Made by a program: the position numbers and the translations under genes. The notes under the pieces are model-generated. The model saw only the letters and a list, made by a program, of their open reading frames with translations. It did no database searches and was not told where the DNA came from. A stretch of DNA of 64,000 bases from Isurus oxyrinchus (taxonomy: Eukaryota), in assembly GCA_026770705.1 (NCBI GenBank), contig JANJGN010000009.1, positions 167,214,001 to 167,278,000 of the forward strand, given 5' to 3'. This document shows, piece by piece, positions 58,946-64,000 of this stretch (the stretch's first letter is position 1; every line of letters begins with the position of its first letter).

Positions 58946-61900
58946 TTTTTACTAAGACCAGAGAAGAACTGCTGCCTGTACCTGCTGTATTTGTTCAGCG
59001 ACTCTGTCACTGTTGCTCCAACTCTACAGTAGTAGCCAGGCGCAGAGTTCCATCTATAAAAGTTCCGACAGTGCAATAATTCTTTTTTTGAAGGATATGG
59101 GTTTATGGTCCCAACACAAGATCAGCTGCACAGTTCAAAGACAACTTATCAACGGCCTTCATTACGAACATGCACACTGTTGATACAGAAATGGACACAG
59201 TCACGATAGTAGTGACTCCTTAACAAGAATTTACCAACTGTTAAACTAACATTTTGCAATCTAGGTTAATGGGTTGTATGGAGAAATACAGTTCTATTCC
59301 AGTAAACACAGTAACTCAATCCAGATAAATGGCAAATACACCCACTCTTTGCCATTCTCAGCATAAGTTTCAGAATGACGTACGACTACACCAAGCTCCA
59401 GACACCCACTATCACACATAACAAACTGCAGTCTCAGTTAAAGCTTCATTGACAGTGCCAGGATTACCTTGGTAACCCAGCACTCCCATTTCGCATGGCT
59501 TCTCTTTGATGCAGCCTGCACTGGTGACCATGAACTCTGTGTGATACTCTTACTGGGGTCAAGAGTTAAATGCAATTCCCACACAGATTTATTAGCTTAC
59601 AAACAGAGTCTGCCCTCCTACTAAAGCAAGTTTATAGCCTGAAATACACTAATTATACTCATAGAAAAATGCTTCTTTATTTGCAAGAACAGAGTTGTAA
59701 TCTTTAACTCTTTAAGTCAAAGGTTCAGGCAAAATAGACTCATTAGTCTACATAAGGCTCTTCTGTGTGGCACTGCAATCTGTACCAGGCAGCAGCTAGT
59801 ACTGTCACTGTACTGTCAGTGCAAGGCAGGTGGTACATTGACACAGTCAAACAATTTGCCCAATATAGTCTCACCTCATTAATCCAAGATTTTGAAGTGT
59901 CATATTAATTAGGTTATTGGATTTTCAATGCTGTTCTGTTTATTAAAGTCAAATCAAGTGTGGACCTGGTCCTTTTTTAATTCAACCATCCCAACAGAAC
60001 TAAAGATATATTCCCCATTTCCAAATAATAGTTTAGTCTCAATTTTGACCACCAAGGAAGAATCCTAGCAGTGCCACATTTTTCCAGGTTATTTTCAACA
60101 ATGCACAAAGTATGAAGTTTAACTCTGCAATGAACATTGTGTTGTTGACTGAATACTAAAAAAGGTTGTGATTACACAATACACTGATTCTAAACTTTCC
60201 ACTGTACAAGATGCAATGCTGATCTGAAAGGAGATTTTGAATTCTTATACCATTCGCCAACTACAGACAGACACAAATAGAATTACAGATTGACATAATA
60301 AACAGAAATCTTTGAAACAAACACCTAACAAGTACTGGAAAAGTGATGAAAAAAATCATAACAATGGAAGACAGAAAAAGCAATATAAAACATAAAAATG
60401 TCTACTTAAGTTAAATCCTATGCAGTAAATGTATGTATTTCAACATCCAATGCCTGTTCACATTATAGGCAGATACTGATTAGTAATTCATCTCTAAATT
60501 CTTAGATGTTAAACAAGCAAAATAGGTTATCTGCTTATCAATAATGAAGCATTTACACAAAAGTACTCAATTCTAGATCTCAAATGTACAGAGAATACAT
60601 GCCACACAAATATCTCAACCATTTTCTGGAAACAGTAAGAAATGAAATAATGCAGGAAGACGATATCAGTTTTTGGCTGTACTGTCCAAAAAATGTACTG
60701 AACATAGAAGCCCTTTCTTAAAAATATTTAAGTAAATATAGTTCAATAATTTGTTTCTTCCCTAAATAGCTGCTTACTAGATTTTAGAAACAGGTTGTTT
60801 CCCAAATCCCCTCTTTATTTGGATCTTTGTTTGCTAGAATTTTTTTTGAAATACACAATATTTTCAGCTCCTCTTGCCAGCTCTATTCCAGTGTAAGCAC
60901 AAACCACAGAGCTTTTCCCCTCATTTCAAAAACAGCAACAAGTACAATACTACGGAGCTCTCCATGGCCTAATTACCCCAGTTCCAGTGACACAGGTATC
61001 AAATGAAGGGTTTTCTAGCCCAACCTGCTGGTACAAAAAAAGTCAAGATTCTCTTCCCGGAGACATTTTTTTCAGTATACCTGACAAACTCACCAGTATT
61101 GCTGAGATATCCTACTAATTGCAAGTATGCATGACTCCTCATGGAGTCTCTAATTTAATTCTGGAACAGCATGAGCTGCTGCCAGACATTAGGCGTTACT
61201 TTGCAAAATGTGTGCATCATCATCTCTGATTTTCAAAACGTGTGAAATAATTCTAATTCTTTGAGCAGTGAAGTTAGCAATCACACCAATAAAGTTAAAA
61301 AGAACATATCCCAATTCATAACATTACACTACATGCCAAACGTACATATTAAGTAACCCTAAATGAAGTGATTCACAGAACAATTTCACAGTAGGCTGAA
61401 TCATTTTCTCTCAAGCCAGAAACAAACTGTTCTCTACAGCAGTAATCTTGATTACAGCTCTGCAGATTTGAGTTAACACTGGCTGTATTACACATTCACC
61501 CTCACTTTTTTTTTTGCTCATCCAAAACAGATGATTTTTGTTTGTGAACTGCTCTTGTAGCAGAAGAGATCTTTTTTTTTTAAATTTTAAAAAGCAGCCT
61601 ACCTTTTCAACAACTACTCTTTTACCAAATGTGCAGTAAATAGATTAACCACACAATTCCAAGATTAAGTTTCCACTTCTGAGAGTGGAATCCATCAGGT
61701 GACCCATAAAATTGCATTCAAACCGACATCAATGGCAGTTGCAACCAAAGAGAGAGAATAGACAGGGTAAAGCTCTGAACAATCATTTCATTATCACGCT
61801 TTAAGAAGGAACGATCTTGATTTTTCATCTGACAATTAGGTTTGAACTGAAGTTAATGTGAGCTTGAGATAAATGTGATTAGAAATTCTACTTCTTATTT

Positions 61901-62447
61901 CCAAAAATAGTGTAACGGTTCTAATGTAATTAAGTTCAAGTTTCCAGCATTCATTGCTCATTTCAAAAAGTTGCTGTTAACTCTTGTCTGCATTTAAAGA
62001 CATAAAACTGACCATAATATTATGACACTGGCCCTTTTTGCTACATATCCATGCTGCCCTCCTAACCTTACGGCACACTCCACTGGACCAGTCCAGACCT
62101 GAAAACTACAGCATTCTACTATGGAGATGTTTAACAGAGGCAGCAAAGTGAAACACAGGAGATATGAAGGCTCATTCTCTGATTGGGTGCACCAGCACAA
62201 AGTGGTACTCACAGGGAACTCTGGACCCACAGCCTTGATTTTCTGTTGACTAATTTAAATGGATGAAAATAAAAAGACCCTCCCATGCACTCCTTATTAT
62301 GGGCTGCGTTTCAAGAAGAACATCCAGCCTGAGGATCAGGCCTATAGCATTCTATTATAGTCTGACAGTGTTTTTAATTTTAGAAGAGTAGAGGCAGCTG
62401 TAAGCAACTGTCCTGTTGTATATCTTAGTACAATGGCCAGATCTGTG

Positions 62448-63313
62448 TGTTATGATCCTTGGCCAGACCCCAGGATGTGGGGAGGGATGAAGAGAAAAAA
62501 AAAGGTCCAGTTAGGGACTAGTAACATTTTGTTTAAAGTAGTTCAAGATTGATATTCAAGACACCTGCTTTTGGAATAAAAGCCACATGATTCCACAGGT
62601 TTTAAACAAACAAAATTTACTATGCAAGGTGAGAAAGATCAAACACTTTACAATGTCTCAACATTCAGGGTAAGCATGAGGTGCATGTGGATTAACAGAA
62701 ACTGCGGTCGAATACACCACATTGCAGAGTAAATGACAGATGCAACCAAGGAAGAGTCCATAGTTCTCTCAAGAAATCACCCAGAAGATAGGGGGCCTAT
62801 GAGTCATCCAATCCCACTGAAACTGTCTCTCACAAGGGCTTCCAGTCTCCACCTTTGAAGATCCTACCTTTGAATTCTCTCCAAATATCTCTCCTACTCA
62901 GACGGCTTTAACAATGGGCCCACCTCACAGGGTTTTAATCTCGCCTTCCAAGATTCCTTCTCCCTGGATTCCGAGTGACTCAACACTAGCTCACAAGCAC
63001 AATTTCAGACCTATGGCTGTGCCAAGGAGAACACCACTACTTCAAAAGGGGTACCTTTGCCCCAACATCACTTTTTACTTAAAGTCATCTCCCTGAAGCT
63101 CTTTGACTGACTTAACTGGAACCACTGCCTGTCCCTGCCCATGACACTTCTTGGCTGGCTCCCCAAAGCTAGCTGACTGAAGCTGTTCACGTACCCTTTA
63201 ACTGATCTGGGGGACCTATAAACACATTTCAAGAGGGTCCCACCCTTGTTACTACTACACAGGAACCAATGTAACAGCACTGGACCATCCTGTACTTTAA
63301 AATGTTTTTCACA
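62448..63313. mobile_element. LTR-like dispersed repeat, copy 2
   Basis: Colinear with 44753-45607 in the same orientation; TG...CA termini; abuts the Gypsy internal relic. Confidence 0.7.
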
Positions 63314-63499
63314 AGCAAACCCATTTTTTGGATGTTAAAGTTGGTTCTCTAAACTGATCAGTTCCTTTCTTCTATTATATGTTATTAGCACTAAGCTTCC
63401 CATGGTTGACCACAGTAGCTTTTAGGAGTTTGGTAAGATCAGCAGGACTAAGTGCCTGTTGCAATATGGTCATCACTTACTCAGGACTATAAACTTCAT

Positions 63500-64000
63500 G
63501 ATTATCTTCTATTAATACCTTTTCCTTCATCAAACTATCTGGAACACAAATTGTATCATCAGCCACCAACAATGACTGATCTGCTCCAGTATCTCAATAT
63601 TAATTGGGATACTTATTTTGTTGGAAGAGTAAGGAAACACTGCTCCCTTCGAGATAAAACATTTAGAACAACCAGCCTGATTCACTTTAACAGTAGTCAA
63701 GGAAGAATTCTCTTGACTATCCCGAGTCATATCCCCCTTTCTAGTGTTCTGAGGAACATGTTTCACCTGTACCACTGTTATGGCTTGAGTGTTCATTTCC
63801 TCTTCTGGTATAGCCTTTTGAGGATTTTTAAGCGTTCCTACTACTGCCACTGTTTTATCTTTCAGCTTCCAACAATGGGCTTTGAGATGTCCGATCTTAC
63901 AGCAACAAAATCATGCTGGATTATTTTCACCCCTCTTTTTCTCCACACTATTTTTCTTAAATGTAGCCTCTTCTGCCTTCTCCGCAAAGCTAGACTCTTT
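63500..64000 (-). mobile_element. Gypsy-type LTR retrotransposon gag/protease relic, running off the window end
   Basis: The minus strand reads ..CCCKIGHLKAHCWKLK (decayed CCHC zinc knuckle, ~63860-63910), then FISKG..IPINI and, after a frameshift, DTGADQSLL (retropepsin active-site motif, ~63570-63600). Confidence 0.75.

Noticed and set aside
63570-63600. Functional link between the retroviral-type DTG protease relic and the pepsin gene
   Set aside because: Coincidental. The relic is frameshifted, part of a Gypsy element and ~50 kb away.
190-63850. The many 60-150 aa ORFs in the six-frame track as independent genes
   Set aside because: Apart from those overlapping pgc or frs3 exons, they are chance ORFs or LINE/LTR relics, with no splice-consistent structure or recognisable domain.

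Overview
This is vertebrate genomic DNA, AT-rich and repeat-dense. The repeat complement (CR1, L2, Deu-domain SINEs, Penelope-like elements) points to a shark or other cartilaginous fish, which is my inference. Two intact spliced genes lie in tandem on the minus strand. The first is a 9-exon pepsinogen C/progastricsin-type aspartic protease (CDS 14134->987, 393 aa, both DTG motifs and 3 disulfide pairs intact). The second is an FRS3 (FRS2beta) FGFR adaptor with 5 coding exons (CDS 40777->30692, 511 aa), which probably has an ~8.7 kb 3'UTR and has no promoter visible in the window. The FRS3->PGC order matches human 6p21. The rest is introns and intergenic DNA holding a mutated tRNA-Asn(GTT), LINE/SINE fragments, two MITEs, an LTR-like repeat pair with a Gypsy gag/protease relic, and Penelope-derived pieces with minimal hammerhead-ribozyme motifs. 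I found no convincing wholly new biological system. The best leads are: (1) this FRS3 keeps FRS2-type Grb2 and ERK-feedback sites; (2) the pepsinogen carries substitutions at normally conserved positions; (3) a TSD-flanked 180-bp hairpin element has a hammerhead-like core; (4) a 116-bp ~90%-identical inverted repeat lies upstream of the FRS3 start codon. Repeat boundaries are approximate and family names come from recollection, not database searches.
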